A DNA stretch of 64,000 nucleotides from an uncultured bacterium (GTDB lineage Bacteria > Acidobacteriota > HRBIN11 > JAKEFK01): contig CAVZQN010000004.1 in assembly GCA_963777505.1 (NCBI GenBank), positions 1,312,001 through 1,376,000 of the forward strand. Direction: 5' to 3'. A model generated the notes under the pieces. That model searched no databases, was not told the origin of the DNA, and saw nothing but the letters and a program-made list of their open reading frames with translations. Positions 1-9,715 of this stretch are shown here, piece by piece. Every line of letters starts with the position of its first letter. The stretch's first letter is position 1. Position numbers and translations under genes: made by a program.

Positions 1-5
1 TTCTG

Positions 6-542
6 ATGAGAGTGATTGCAGGACGTCTCCGCGGCAGAAGCTTAAAGTCTTCAGATTCATACCGCCCTACCTCAGATCGTGTGCGCGAAACACTCTTCAA
101 TGTGCTGCAGAATGAAATCGAACAAACAGTTTTTGTAGATGCATTTGCAGGCAGCGGTGCTGTTGGAATTGAAGCGATAAGCCGTGGCGCAGCCAAAGTA
201 TATTTCGTCGACTCCGGACGCAAGGCTTTGAACTCACTGGAAGAAAATTTGAAAATTGCAGGCGATGAAACACAATGGCGTATTTATTCACTTCCGGCTT
301 TGAAAGCACTTGAAGTCATTCATGGAACTGGAGAACGTGCCGATATTATTTTTCTTGATCCGCCATATAATTATCAAGATTACCCTGAACTTTTGGCTGC
401 AGCATCAGAGTTATTTCCCGACGCATTGATGATCCTTGAAACTTCTTCCCGCGTAAACTTCAAAATCCCAGAAGGACTTCATGTCTCAAAGCAAAAGAAG
501 ATCGGTGAAACGTTGTTAACGTTTTATCAACGCGCTCAGTAG
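6..542 (+). CDS. rsmD: 16S rRNA (guanine(966)-N2)-methyltransferase RsmD
   Basis: MRVIAG start, RPTSDRVRETLFNVL, SAM motif DAFAGSGAVGIEAISRGA, DPPY catalytic motif. Confidence 0.95.
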   Translation: MRVIAGRLRGRSLKSSDSYRPTSDRVRETLFNVLQNEIEQTVFVDAFAGSGAVGIEAISRGAAKVYFVDSGRKALNSLEENLKIAGDETQWRIYSLPALKALEVIHGTGERADIIFLDPPYNYQDYPELLAAASELFPDALMILETSSRVNFKIPEGLHVSKQKKIGETLLTFYQRAQ

Positions 543-548
543 GGAAAG

Positions 549-650
549 CCTCAAGGACACGCAGACACCAAGTCACAAAGGTTCACTATTCTTTATTTTG
601 TGATGCTTCGTGTCCGTAATGCGGACGGGACTTCGTGCTGCACCTTGAGG
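549..650. repeat. Long imperfect inverted repeat between convergent rsmD and yidD
   Basis: CCTCAAGG...CCTTGAGG flanks; inner GGACACG..TCACAAA pairs with TTTGTGA..CGTGTCC. Confidence 0.5.
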
Positions 651-653
651 CTC

Positions 654-971
654 TTAAGGAAAGTCTTCTCCGCGATCACTTGTAAATGGCGAACATCTTA
701 GCAGCCTTAATCCGGTTAAACCTGCACCTTTGGCAATCCCATATTTTTGTAAAGCCAATCGCGAATAGTTGGAGCATGTAGGCGTGAATTTGCAAATCTT
801 CGAATTCTTTAACAGCAAGCCGAAGGAATGCTGATACACCCAGATTCCCGCGAGCGCAAATCGCACGCTAACCTGTTGATGCGGAGGCATAGCGGCATCA
901 ATCACAAACAGCGTAAGGATCAGAATAAGGCCGATCTTTAGAACGGATTTAAAGTTTAAGCTGATCGACAT
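654..971 (-). CDS. yidD: Membrane protein insertion efficiency factor YidD
   Basis: CKFTPTCSNY...KYG..KG..L...RLLRCSPF signature; has an N-terminal hydrophobic segment. Confidence 0.85.
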   Translation of the reverse strand: MSISLNFKSVLKIGLILILTLFVIDAAMPPHQQVSVRFALAGIWVYQHSFGLLLKNSKICKFTPTCSNYSRLALQKYGIAKGAGLTGLRLLRCSPFTSDRGEDFP

Positions 972-1353
972 ACTGGCTGAGGCCTGGAATCATCAAGCGC
1001 TCGCCTTTTGTAGCTTTTACAATCCCCAGTATCCGGATTACAAGAAATCCGATCCAGATGATGGAGGGAAGGAAGCAAGTAACGCAGCCTAAAATGCCTG
1101 AAATGCTGGAAAGGATCCAGGACGCAATATACAGGCCGAACTGCAAAACAGCCTCAGCAATTGTCAAAATCATTCCGTGTTTCGCGTGCCATTGAACTTG
1201 TGGATCATTTTTTTCCGTCAGCAATGGAACAAGAAACAAGATGTAAAGATAGGAAAGCACAAGCATTAAAGTGTTGTCTTTTTTGGGTGGAGGAGTGCCT
1301 GGTAATTCTGTTGGAACTGGTGGTACATCCGTTGGATTATAACCGTTGCTCAT
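949..1353 (-). CDS. DUF4870-type small membrane protein
   Basis: Pro-rich N-terminus, LSYL..LFLVPLL...QWHAKHG, KA.KGE...IP pattern, three hydrophobic segments. Confidence 0.75.
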   Translation of the reverse strand: MSNGYNPTDVPPVPTELPGTPPPKKDNTLMLVLSYLYILFLVPLLTEKNDPQVQWHAKHGMILTIAEAVLQFGLYIASWILSSISGILGCVTCFLPSIIWIGFLVIRILGIVKATKGERLMIPGLSQYVDQLKL

Positions 1354-1468
1354 GCTGTGACCTCCGGCTGAGTTTTAACGAACGCTTTTAAACGCCAGTC
1401 TATCATACGATAGGGTCATATCAATTAAAGTGCAACCCGGAATGCCTGAAGTTATAATCACGTCATCT

Positions 1469-1936
1469 ATGGACCTAAGGTCATCTGTAATTCGAGCATC
1501 AAACTATCTGGATGAAAAATATTATCCGGCACAACATCATTTGTTTCATGCAGTTTTGTTCATGGTAATTTTGATTGCTGCATGGTTTAGTTCTGTTCAG
1601 TTCAGCCATATTGTTATCTCCGGCCACACGATCCCATCACTTTGCATGTTCAAAAACATTACAACTCTGGATTGCCCCGGATGCGGCATCACACGATCTT
1701 TTGTCTATGCCGTACATGGAGAGTTCTACAAGTCATACATCATGCATTTTTGGGGAATTCCGCTGGCAGGTTTTTTAGTATTTCAGGTGTTTTACAGAAT
1801 CTGGCGGTCTTTGGGAGGTTTGGCCATTAAAGTAAACCCTGTTGTCGCCCGATGGTTCCGCATTTTCGTGGTTCTTTCCTTCCTGCTGCCTTGGGTCCTT
1901 AAAACTACATTGAGGCTAATCGAACACTCTTATTAG
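1469..1936 (+). CDS. DUF2752-domain membrane protein (start uncertain)
   Basis: CMFKNITTLDCPGCGITRSF motif typical of DUF2752. Confidence 0.8.
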   Translation: MDLRSSVIRASNYLDEKYYPAQHHLFHAVLFMVILIAAWFSSVQFSHIVISGHTIPSLCMFKNITTLDCPGCGITRSFVYAVHGEFYKSYIMHFWGIPLAGFLVFQVFYRIWRSLGGLAIKVNPVVARWFRIFVVLSFLLPWVLKTTLRLIEHSY

Positions 1937-2031
1937 TCGTCGATTTCAATCAGCCATCAACTAATCTGCTCGGCGCTTTCGGCGTTTAAAAGACCTGGCC
2001 TATTTTGGTTTGACATCAAATCGCCTAACTC

Positions 2032-2060
2032 TTGCATTTTCAACCACATTGTGTTAAATT
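2032..2060 (+). promoter_or_regulatory. Putative sigma70 promoter of the rpsP operon
   Basis: TTGCAT-17 nt-TAAATT with TG extension. Confidence 0.5.
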
Positions 2061-2148
2061 TGGCATCATTTTCATGTATTGGAAGTAGTGTCTCTTTTAG
2101 ATGGAAGTTCCATGAGGAAGAGGTGCATGCTGAGAAGGAGGAACATGC

Positions 2149-2406
2149 ATGGTTAGTATACGGTTAATGCGGATGGGAGGAAAGAAGCGCCCCCTCTACC
2201 GGGTTGTTGTGACCGATTCCCGGCGATTTCGTGATGGTCAGTGTATTGAACGGTTGGGATCCTACAATCCGAAACCCGAAAATCCAGAGATTAAATTAAG
2301 AATGGATCGCGTTGATTACTGGATGAATCGGGGGGCACAGCCTTCGGACACCGTGAAAAGCTTGATTGCCCGAATCCGCAAGTCCGCCGCTACTGTTTTA
2401 TCCTAA
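2149..2406 (+). CDS. rpsP: 30S ribosomal protein S16
   Basis: [35 protein letters not shown]; strong AGGAGG SD. Confidence 0.98.
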   Translation: MVSIRLMRMGGKKRPLYRVVVTDSRRFRDGQCIERLGSYNPKPENPEIKLRMDRVDYWMNRGAQPSDTVKSLIARIRKSAATVLS

Positions 2407-2458
2407 TAATCCATTCCCGTTCATAAACGCCTGTTCGCAAATTAGGAGGACACACGTC

Positions 2459-2689
2459 ATGAAAGAATTACTCGAATCGATGGCAAAAGCTCTTGTTGAT
2501 CATCCTGATCAAGTGGCAGTGACGCTGGTTGAAGGAGAGCAGACAACAGTACTCGAATTGAGAGTCTCCCACGAGGATCTTGGGAAGGTAATTGGCAAAC
2601 AGGGAAGGACGGCTCGCGCGATACGAACGATTTTAGGTGCGGCTGGAATGAAATTGCGAAAACGATTTGTTCTGGAGATTTTGGAATAG
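2459..2689 (+). CDS. khpA: KH-domain RNA-binding protein KhpA
   Basis: [17 protein letters not shown]...[20 protein letters not shown]; AGGAGG SD before ATG 2459; lies between rpsP and rimM. Confidence 0.93.
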   Translation: MKELLESMAKALVDHPDQVAVTLVEGEQTTVLELRVSHEDLGKVIGKQGRTARAIRTILGAAGMKLRKRFVLEILE

Positions 2690-3220
2690 ATGCAGACATC
2701 TTCTACACCTGTGATTGTTGCACGAATTTTGCGCCCGCATGCTCTTCAGGGCGAAGTTGTGCTTCAATCACTAACAGATGTAGAAGGGCGGCTGGAAAAT
2801 ACAGATGTTTTTCTATTGCTGAATAAAAATGAAGAATCTGTCAGAAAACTTGAAGTCGAATCTCGAAGATTTTTTCAAGGGAAGCCTGTCTTCAGATTTT
2901 CAGGATTTCCTGATAGGACTTCGGCGGAAAGCTTGAGAGGAATGATGCTCGCAGTCGATGCAGAAGAAATCGGTGAGCTTCCACCGGATACATTTTTTAT
3001 TCACGATTTAGTAGGAATGCAAGTTCAGCTGCAGGATGGAAGTAAAGTTGGACAAGTTTCTGGAATTCTGAAAACGGGCGGAGTGGATTTATTAGAAGTT
3101 GGTGAAAAGGGACAAATCTTGATCCCTTTTACGGATGAAATTTGTAAGAATGTTGACCCGCAGCAAAAGGTGATTACAATTGATCCGCCTGAAGGGCTGC
3201 TTCAATTGAATGCGAATTGA
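2690..3220 (+). CDS. rimM: Ribosome maturation factor RimM
   Basis: [31 protein letters not shown] motifs; operon context. Confidence 0.95.
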   Translation: MQTSSTPVIVARILRPHALQGEVVLQSLTDVEGRLENTDVFLLLNKNEESVRKLEVESRRFFQGKPVFRFSGFPDRTSAESLRGMMLAVDAEEIGELPPDTFFIHDLVGMQVQLQDGSKVGQVSGILKTGGVDLLEVGEKGQILIPFTDEICKNVDPQQKVITIDPPEGLLQLNAN

Positions 3221-4379
3221 TTTTCTTACAATTTTTCCGGGTCTAATTTCTGGTGTTCTTGAGTTTAGTTTGTTGAATCAAGCCCGCAAAAAGGGTTTGT
3301 TAGATTTTCATGTTCATGATTTAAGGGACTACACGCACGATCGCCATCGGAGTGTAGATGATATAGCGTATGGTGGTGGTCCTGGAATGGTATTCAGGCC
3401 TGAACCAGTATTTGAGGCGATCGAAGCAATTCGGCAAACGGGGGCGAGGTTGATATTACCAAGCCCACAGGGTGAAGTTTTTAACTCAACGATTGCAGAA
3501 GAGCTTGCAAAGAATGCACAACTGATTTTCTTGTGCGGAAGGTATGAAGGGATTGATGAGAGAGTAAGAGAAGCACTTGTAGATCGAGAGATCTCAATCG
3601 GAGATTTTGTCACAATGGGTGGCGAACTGCCGTCTCTGCTGATGACAGAGACGATTGTTCGCTATGTTCCAGGAGTGATTGGCGATGAGGAATCAGTAGA
3701 GCTGGATTCATTTCAACAATCTCTACTTGATTATCCTCATTACACACGACCTTCTGAGTTTCGTGATTTGCATGTTCCGGATGTGTTACTGTCCGGAAAT
3801 CATGAACAAATCAGATTGTGGCGGAGAAAAATGATGTTGCGCCGCACTCTTGAAAGACGTCCGGATCTTCTTAAGAAAGCGAACTTAACGAAAGAAGATC
3901 AAAAGTTAATGGACGAAATCGAACGAGATTGTGCCAATAGCGAGAAAGAAGGCTATTTAAAAAATGAGGATAATACTATGAATATAGTAGATTCGGTTGC
4001 AAAGAAATACTTGAAGTCGTCGAAACTGCCTGAGTTTAAGCCAGGTGACACGATTCAGGTTCACGTACGAGTAAAAGAAATTGAGAAAGCAACGGCCAAG
4101 AAAAAGGAAGCGGAAAAGGAAAAAGAACGTATCCAGGTTTTTGAAGGCGTTGTGATTGGAATGCGTGGACGTGGAATTGAGAGTTCGTTTGTCGTTAGAA
4201 AAATTTCATTTGGGGTTGGAGTGGAGCGAATTTTTCCATTTCATTCACCCAGTGTTGATAAAATTAAAATTTTGAAAAGAGGGAATGTTCGCAGAGCGAA
4301 GTTATATTATCTTCGCGAGAGAACTGGGAAAGCAGCAAAAATTAAGGAGAAGCAGCACCAGCAGACGACACAGTCTTAA
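3210..4379 (+). CDS. trmD: tRNA (guanine37-N1)-methyltransferase TrmD; as sequenced it reads in frame into rplS (TrmD domain ends near 3930)
   Basis: [46 protein letters not shown] motifs. Confidence 0.92.
   Translation: MRIDFLTIFPGLISGVLEFSLLNQARKKGLLDFHVHDLRDYTHDRHRSVDDIAYGGGPGMVFRPEPVFEAIEAIRQTGARLILPSPQGEVFNSTIAEELAKNAQLIFLCGRYEGIDERVREALVDREISIGDFVTMGGELPSLLMTETIVRYVPGVIGDEESVELDSFQQSLLDYPHYTRPSEFRDLHVPDVLLSGNHEQIRLWRRKMMLRRTLERRPDLLKKANLTKEDQKLMDEIERDCANSEKEGYLKNEDNTMNIVDSVAKKYLKSSKLPEFKPGDTIQVHVRVKEIEKATAKKKEAEKEKERIQVFEGVVIGMRGRGIESSFVVRKISFGVGVERIFPFHSPSVDKIKILKRGNVRRAKLYYLRERTGKAAKIKEKQHQQTTQS
3978..4379 (+). CDS. rplS: 50S ribosomal protein L19
   Basis: [57 protein letters not shown]; GAGGA SD 7 nt before ATG 3978. 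Confidence 0.95.
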   Translation: MNIVDSVAKKYLKSSKLPEFKPGDTIQVHVRVKEIEKATAKKKEAEKEKERIQVFEGVVIGMRGRGIESSFVVRKISFGVGVERIFPFHSPSVDKIKILKRGNVRRAKLYYLRERTGKAAKIKEKQHQQTTQS

Positions 4380-4380
4380 T

Positions 4381-5046
4381 ATGTCGAGCGTGAAGAAGTC
4401 AAAGCGCCGCAAGTGTTCATTCCGATACGAAAGAAAATTGCAGAAACAAGGATTTCTTCGGATTGCTGGAGTTGATGAAGTTGGACGCGGTGCCCTATGC
4501 GGGCCTGTTGTCGCCGCTGCAGTTCTTCTGGATCGTAGACCGGCTATCCGTGGAATTCGTGATAGCAAGGCACTGACTGCAAATCAACGAGTTCGATTAA
4601 GACCGCGAATTCTTCGCGTTGCTGTTAGTTACGGAATTGGAATTGTTTCGGCCGAGGAAATTGATCGTTACAATATTTATCAAGCAACCCTTCGCGCAAT
4701 GCATATCGCGCTCTCACAGCTATCCCCAGCTCCGGATTTTATTTTAATTGATGGTAGCCCCGTACGAGGGCTGGCAATTCCTCATTTAAATGTAGTTAAA
4801 GGTGATGCTCGCTGCATCAGTATTGCAGCTGCATCAATTGTCGCTAAAGTCACTCGAGACCAGCTCATGAAAAGCTATGCTAGCATGTATCCGATGTATG
4901 ACTGGGTGCGGAACAAAGGTTATAGCTGTAAGAGTCATTTTGCAGCTTTAAAGAATTATGGTCCTACATCCATCCACAGGCGGTCTTTCCGGCCTGTACT
5001 AGTAGAACCGCAATTGAGCTTGATCGACGACGGAAATTCGACATAA
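4381..5046 (+). CDS. rnhB: Ribonuclease HII
   Basis: IAGVDEVGRG.L.GPVVAAAV, DSK, LIDG, VKGD...SIAAASIVAKVTRD, NKGY, HRRSF. Confidence 0.96.
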   Translation: MSSVKKSKRRKCSFRYERKLQKQGFLRIAGVDEVGRGALCGPVVAAAVLLDRRPAIRGIRDSKALTANQRVRLRPRILRVAVSYGIGIVSAEEIDRYNIYQATLRAMHIALSQLSPAPDFILIDGSPVRGLAIPHLNVVKGDARCISIAAASIVAKVTRDQLMKSYASMYPMYDWVRNKGYSCKSHFAALKNYGPTSIHRRSFRPVLVEPQLSLIDDGNST

Positions 5047-5080
5047 ACAATCGTGGGTTCCTGAAATACAATAGAGAGTT

Positions 5081-8000
5081 ATGGCAGTCGACAAGGCAAA
5101 AATCTTAAAATCTGCTGAAAAGTTCGTCGCAGGGGGGAAAATTCAGCAGGCTGTCGATGAATATTTAAAGATTCTTAAAGAGAATCAACGCGACTGGAAT
5201 CTCATGATTCAGGTCGGGGACCTTTACCTAAAAATCAATAAAACTGCAGAAGCGATCCAGCATTTTCAAAAAGTTGCCGATCACTATTACATTGACGGAT
5301 TTTATTTAAAAGCAATCGCTATTTATAAGCGGATCAATAAGCTCGATCCGAACCTGACAGATATTTGTATTAAGCTTGCCGACCTCTATTTGAAACAGGG
5401 ACTATCCATGGATGCGAAGTCCCAGCTTCAGGTTGTGGCGCAGCATTATCTTTCCAAAAATCAAAACAGGGATGCGATTCAAACACTGAAAAAACTGGTT
5501 GAAATTGAACCAGAAAATCTCCGTACGCGTAATGAGCTTGCCAAAGCATACAAAAGCGAAGGCATGATCGGCGAAGCGGTTAATGAATATTTGGAAATCA
5601 GCGACGAATTGCTGCGGAAGAATTTAGTGAAAGAAAGCCTCACCGTTTTAGAAACAGCTCATAAACTGGATTCACGGAGTGCTGCAATTCTTCGAAAAAT
5701 CCTGGCAATCTATAACGAACAAAATGAACAGGATAAAGCGACTGCGCTTTTGGAAGAGTCACTCCGATCCGATCCTACAAATCCCGATGTGCTTGCTCTT
5801 CTTGCTGAATCGTACGCTGATGAAGGTGAATATCCACGGGCGCATGAAACGATTGACCAGGCAATTTCCAATACCGGCAATAAAGAGCCATTCTGGATCC
5901 TCAAAGGTGATCTGTATCTAAAAGAAGGGGATCTTGATAAAGCATACTCACAATTTGAACCGGCAATTGATCGACAAATAAAAAGAAAAGATCCAGAGAA
6001 AGCAATCGGATTGCTTCAGAAAATCCTGAAGCTTGACAGTTCTTTTCATAGCGCACTTCAACGATTAACTGATATTTATTCTTCTCTTAAGCAGACTCCA
6101 AATCTTGTGACTACCTACAACCAGCTTGTAGACGCTTTAATTTCCAAGACTCTTTACAGTGAGGCTTCAACGGCTCTTGAGAAGCTGATGGAATTAGAAC
6201 CGGATAACGAACAACATCAAGAAAAACTCGATTTCGTTCGTTCATTTCTTGCAAAACAGCCAAAAATTGAAGAACCTATTTCTCCGCCAGAACCTGTTGA
6301 AGAACCAGTCACAGAACCTGAAGGTGAAGAAGTTAGCAGTGAAGAAGTCAGTAATGAAGATTTCGATATCAGCATTGATCTGGATGCTGTAAATGAACCT
6401 GTTGCTATAGCCGAGGAAATTACTCATGCAGCGGCAAAAAGACCAACGCCTCCGCCGATGCCTTCTTTGCCACCTGTGCCTCCTGCTCCAGTAGCTGGAG
6501 CGGAAAGTCCTGAGGAAGAACGCGATTTCGTGTCCGAACATCTCATTGAAGCCGATGTTTTTACAAAATATGGACTCATCGATAAGGCGATCGAACAGTT
6601 GCAGATCATCACTGGACGTTACGCTAACTCAATTGTGGCGCATCAAAAGTTGAAAGAAATTTATATTGAGAAAGGAGAGCGTAGCAAAGCGGTAGAAGAA
6701 TGCGTAATCATGTCGAAGATTCTCCGTAAGAAAGGTGACATGGATCAGGCGGAAGATCTATTAAGCGAAGCAAGACAAATTGATCCAAACCATCCTTCGC
6801 TTGAAAAGGCATTTAAGGAAATGCCGGCAACGACTTCAGCAACAGATGTGTTGAGTGAAATAGAACGGCTTGCACAGAGCTTGAAGAAAATGCCTTCCAA
6901 AGCGAAACAGGCAAAGCCGAAAGTTAAAGCACCTGCTCCGCCGCCCGAACCTGAACCTGAAATCGCAATCGAACCAGAACCTGAAAGGGAACCCGAAATC
7001 GCAATCGAATCTGAATCCATACAGGAACCTGAAATCGAGATCGAACCTGAAATCCGACACGAACCTGAACTCGTAAACGAACCTGAAATTGTATCTGAAC
7101 CTGAAATCATAAACGAACCGGAAGTTGTACCCGAACCTGAACTAACAATAGAACCTGAAATACAGATTCACTCCGAAACTGTTCCTGTTCCTGAACCTGT
7201 ATCTGAACCTGAAATTCAAATTGAAGAACTTTCGATTGAAGTAGAAGAATCGGTAAGTCCTGAGGTGCTTTTCGAGAAAACTCCTACCGGTATTTTAGAT
7301 CGTGAAAAGTTTGACGAAGTCGATTTTTATGTTGATCAAGGACTGTTTGATGAAGCGGCACGTCTGCTGGCTCAAATGAACCAACAGTTCCCTAATGAAG
7401 CAGGCATTATGAGCCGGATATGGAAGTTGAAAGAAAAAGGAATTGACGTACCGGATAAAGTTGATGAAGAGGTTAAAGAAGAGGTACTTGAAGAACTGAC
7501 GCCAGCAGCACAATTGGAAATAAATCGGGAGAGTTTGCCATCAGAGAATACGGATAGCAATAATATTGCAGGAGATCTGCAGCTTCCTGAAGAGCTTTTG
7601 CCCGAAAATATGGTGACAGAAGAAGTAGTCGCAGCAGATTCGTTTGGATCTTTTGATGAGATTGAGGAACCTGAAGAAGCCGCAGAAGAAATTTTTGAAA
7701 CACCACTTCCTGAAACAGTTGACGATCCGCATGATGCTGAGACACCCGTTGGAACATGGGCCGACCTTGAGGCTATAAGCGGAATCAAACCCGAAACAAT
7801 TCAGGAAGAAGATGCTGAATCCTTGTTTGAACCAAATCAAAAAGAGGAAGGCGAACACGCATGGGATCTTGGAGATCTAAATGAACTCTCCGATAACGTG
7901 ATGCTTCCTGAACAGGAAGAAGATTCATACTTTGATAAAGCGATGGGAGCTGCAATCGATCTCACTTCAGGTGATCAAATTGAAGAAGATGAGGATGAGG

Positions 8001-8794
8001 AAATAATTGATCAACGATTTCCACATGTTCAGGAAAAAGAGAATACTTCATTTGATGAATTGGAACCTGACTCAAGCTTTGGTGAAACGGAAACTGACGG
8101 AGACGTTGAGGTTCCCTACATTCCTGCTGAGAGCGAAGTGGAATCAGCTTTAGATGCGGCATTCGCTGGTGAATTGGGGGGTGGTCTTGAAGACGAGGAT
8201 GAAGAGGTTGAATCCAAACCAGTCCAAGCGGCGCCTGAACTTTTTGAGGAAGAAGAGGATTATTTCGATCTTGCTGCGGAACTTGAAGAAGGTTTTCTGA
8301 GTGTTCAAAGCGCGGTTGAAGAAAAGCCTGCAGATGGACAGAATTATTCCCTTGAAGAAATCCTGTCTGATTTCAAGAAAGGTGTCGATAAACAATTAAG
8401 CGCTGAAGATTATGACACGCGTTACAATCTTGGAATTGCTTATAAAGAAATGGGATTAATTGATGAAGCAATTGCAGAATTTCAAATCGCGTCAAAAGAA
8501 CCGAAACGCTTTCTTGAATGCTGCAGCATGCTTGGTATTTGTTTTGTCGAGAAAGGAATGCCAAAGCTTGCTGTGAAGTGGTACCAGCGTGGCCTCGAAA
8601 CCGGTGGTTTTACAGAAGAAGAATACCAGGGATTAAAGTATGAAATGGGGCAAGCCTGTGAAATGTTGGGCGACCTGGAAAAAGCACTTGAATATTATCA
8701 AGAGGTCTATGTCGTCAATGCCGGTTACCGGAATGTTACTAAGAAAGTAAAAGAACTTACCGATCATTTCAGGAGCAAAGAGCGGCCTTCATGA
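5081..8794 (+). CDS. Large TPR-repeat protein with acidic linker, SgmX-like (type IV pilus polarity factor family)
   Basis: Many N-terminal TPRs, central EADVF.KYGL..KA TPR, long Glu/Pro-rich region, C-terminal D.DTRYNLGIAYKEMGL..EAI.EFQ TPR block. Confidence 0.7.
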   Translation: MAVDKAKILKSAEKFVAGGKIQQAVDEYLKILKENQRDWNLMIQVGDLYLKINKTAEAIQHFQKVADHYYIDGFYLKAIAIYKRINKLDPNLTDICIKLADLYLKQGLSMDAKSQLQVVAQHYLSKNQNRDAIQTLKKLVEIEPENLRTRNELAKAYKSEGMIGEAVNEYLEISDELLRKNLVKESLTVLETAHKLDSRSAAILRKILAIYNEQNEQDKATALLEESLRSDPTNPDVLALLAESYADEGEYPRAHETIDQAISNTGNKEPFWILKGDLYLKEGDLDKAYSQFEPAIDRQIKRKDPEKAIGLLQKILKLDSSFHSALQRLTDIYSSLKQTPNLVTTYNQLVDALISKTLYSEASTALEKLMELEPDNEQHQEKLDFVRSFLAKQPKIEEPISPPEPVEEPVTEPEGEEVSSEEVSNEDFDISIDLDAVNEPVAIAEEITHAAAKRPTPPPMPSLPPVPPAPVAGAESPEEERDFVSEHLIEADVFTKYGLIDKAIEQLQIITGRYANSIVAHQKLKEIYIEKGERSKAVEECVIMSKILRKKGDMDQAEDLLSEARQIDPNHPSLEKAFKEMPATTSATDVLSEIERLAQSLKKMPSKAKQAKPKVKAPAPPPEPEPEIAIEPEPEREPEIAIESESIQEPEIEIEPEIRHEPELVNEPEIVSEPEIINEPEVVPEPELTIEPEIQIHSETVPVPEPVSEPEIQIEELSIEVEESVSPEVLFEKTPTGILDREKFDEVDFYVDQGLFDEAARLLAQMNQQFPNEAGIMSRIWKLKEKGIDVPDKVDEEVKEEVLEELTPAAQLEINRESLPSENTDSNNIAGDLQLPEELLPENMVTEEVVAADSFGSFDEIEEPEEAAEEIFETPLPETVDDPHDAETPVGTWADLEAISGIKPETIQEEDAESLFEPNQKEEGEHAWDLGDLNELSDNVMLPEQEEDSYFDKAMGAAIDLTSGDQIEEDEDEEIIDQRFPHVQEKENTSFDELEPDSSFGETETDGDVEVPYIPAESEVESALDAAFAGELGGGLEDEDEEVESKPVQAAPELFEEEEDYFDLAAELEEGFLSVQSAVEEKPADGQNYSLEEILSDFKKGVDKQLSAEDYDTRYNLGIAYKEMGLIDEAIAEFQIASKEPKRFLECCSMLGICFVEKGMPKLAVKWYQRGLETGGFTEEEYQGLKYEMGQACEMLGDLEKALEYYQEVYVVNAGYRNVTKKVKELTDHFRSKERPS
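6945..7220 (+). repeat. Coding GAACCTGAA (EPE-I/L/V) degenerate repeats within the TPR protein
   Basis: Repeated EPEIAIEPE, EPEIEIEPE, EPEIVSEPE units in the translation. Confidence 0.8.
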
Positions 8795-8858
8795 TTTTTT
8801 GGTCAAGAAAACTGGCGCTCCGTTGCTTCGACCGTTTAATTCCGATCTTCATTATCGA

Positions 8859-9113
8859 ATGTTGAAAAAGATTTCTTTCTATTTTTATGTTTTTTATTGC
8901 TTTGAAGTAGGAATTTTTTTACTTGTTGCGCCGTGGTGGCTTCCACAGATCTGGGAACAGAATTTCTTCTTCTTTTTTGTACCTTCCTTGAAAGAAGTAT
9001 TTCTAAATGGTTATTTTCGTGGAGCAGTCTCGGGCCTTGGAGTGTTAAATATTTTGCTTGGTGTCATTGAGATTTTTGAAAACGAACGATCGAAACAATT
9101 CGTCCAGCCATGA
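8859..9113 (+). CDS. Small hypothetical membrane protein
   Basis: Two hydrophobic segments (FEVGIFLLVAPW...W..N; RGAVSGLGVLN); ATGA overlap with the next gene. Confidence 0.7.
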   Translation: MLKKISFYFYVFYCFEVGIFLLVAPWWLPQIWEQNFFFFFVPSLKEVFLNGYFRGAVSGLGVLNILLGVIEIFENERSKQFVQP

Positions 9114-9715
9114 ATGCAGTTTCTGAAAGGTTTCTATATCATTTAATTACGGACCACAATCAATATAAACAGTCTTTGCATGAAGCAGCTCGTCTTGCTG
9201 AATTAAATCATGTAACACACTTTCAATTGCGTGAAAAAATGATGCAGAAAAGAGAATTGCTGGCTTTAGCGCAACATATTCGTCCAGCACTCCAGCATAC
9301 ACTGTTCATTATCAATGGCCATTTGGATGTTGCGCTTGCAAGTGAAGCCGATGGCATTCATCTGCAGGCCGACAACCTTCCGATCGCGACAGTGCGAAAA
9401 AAATATCCAGATTTAATTATTGGTTATTCTGCTCATTCGCGTGAAGAGGTTCTTCAAGCTGAATCCTCCGGAGCCGATTATGTTTTCCTTGGCCCTGTGT
9501 ACAGACCCCTTTCCAAAAATATTAGCAATTCACCGATCGGCCTTGAAAGATTTAGCGAATGGATTGCAGGAACGAATATTCCTGTTTTTGCTCTAGGTGG
9601 ACTCTCTGCATCAAATCTTCAAAGCGTTGCAAAAACCGGCTGCCGTGGAGCAGCGGGTATCTCGCTTTTCATACACGAGGGTCAGTTCACCGCTTCAGGG
9701 ATGGTGATTCAATGA
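9110..9715 (+). CDS. thiE: Thiamine phosphate synthase ThiE/TenI family protein
   Basis: FQLREK, IIN..LDVA....ADGIHL, IGYSAHS, DYVFLGPVY, PVFALGG motifs. Confidence 0.75.
   Translation: MNAVSERFLYHLITDHNQYKQSLHEAARLAELNHVTHFQLREKMMQKRELLALAQHIRPALQHTLFIINGHLDVALASEADGIHLQADNLPIATVRKKYPDLIIGYSAHSREEVLQAESSGADYVFLGPVYRPLSKNISNSPIGLERFSEWIAGTNIPVFALGGLSASNLQSVAKTGCRGAAGISLFIHEGQFTASGMVIQ

Noticed and set aside
6242-8564. Many antisense ORFs opposite the TPR gene, and similar ones opposite pilQ and the PKD genes
   Set aside because: They reflect low-complexity codon usage on the coding strand and have no recognisable motifs
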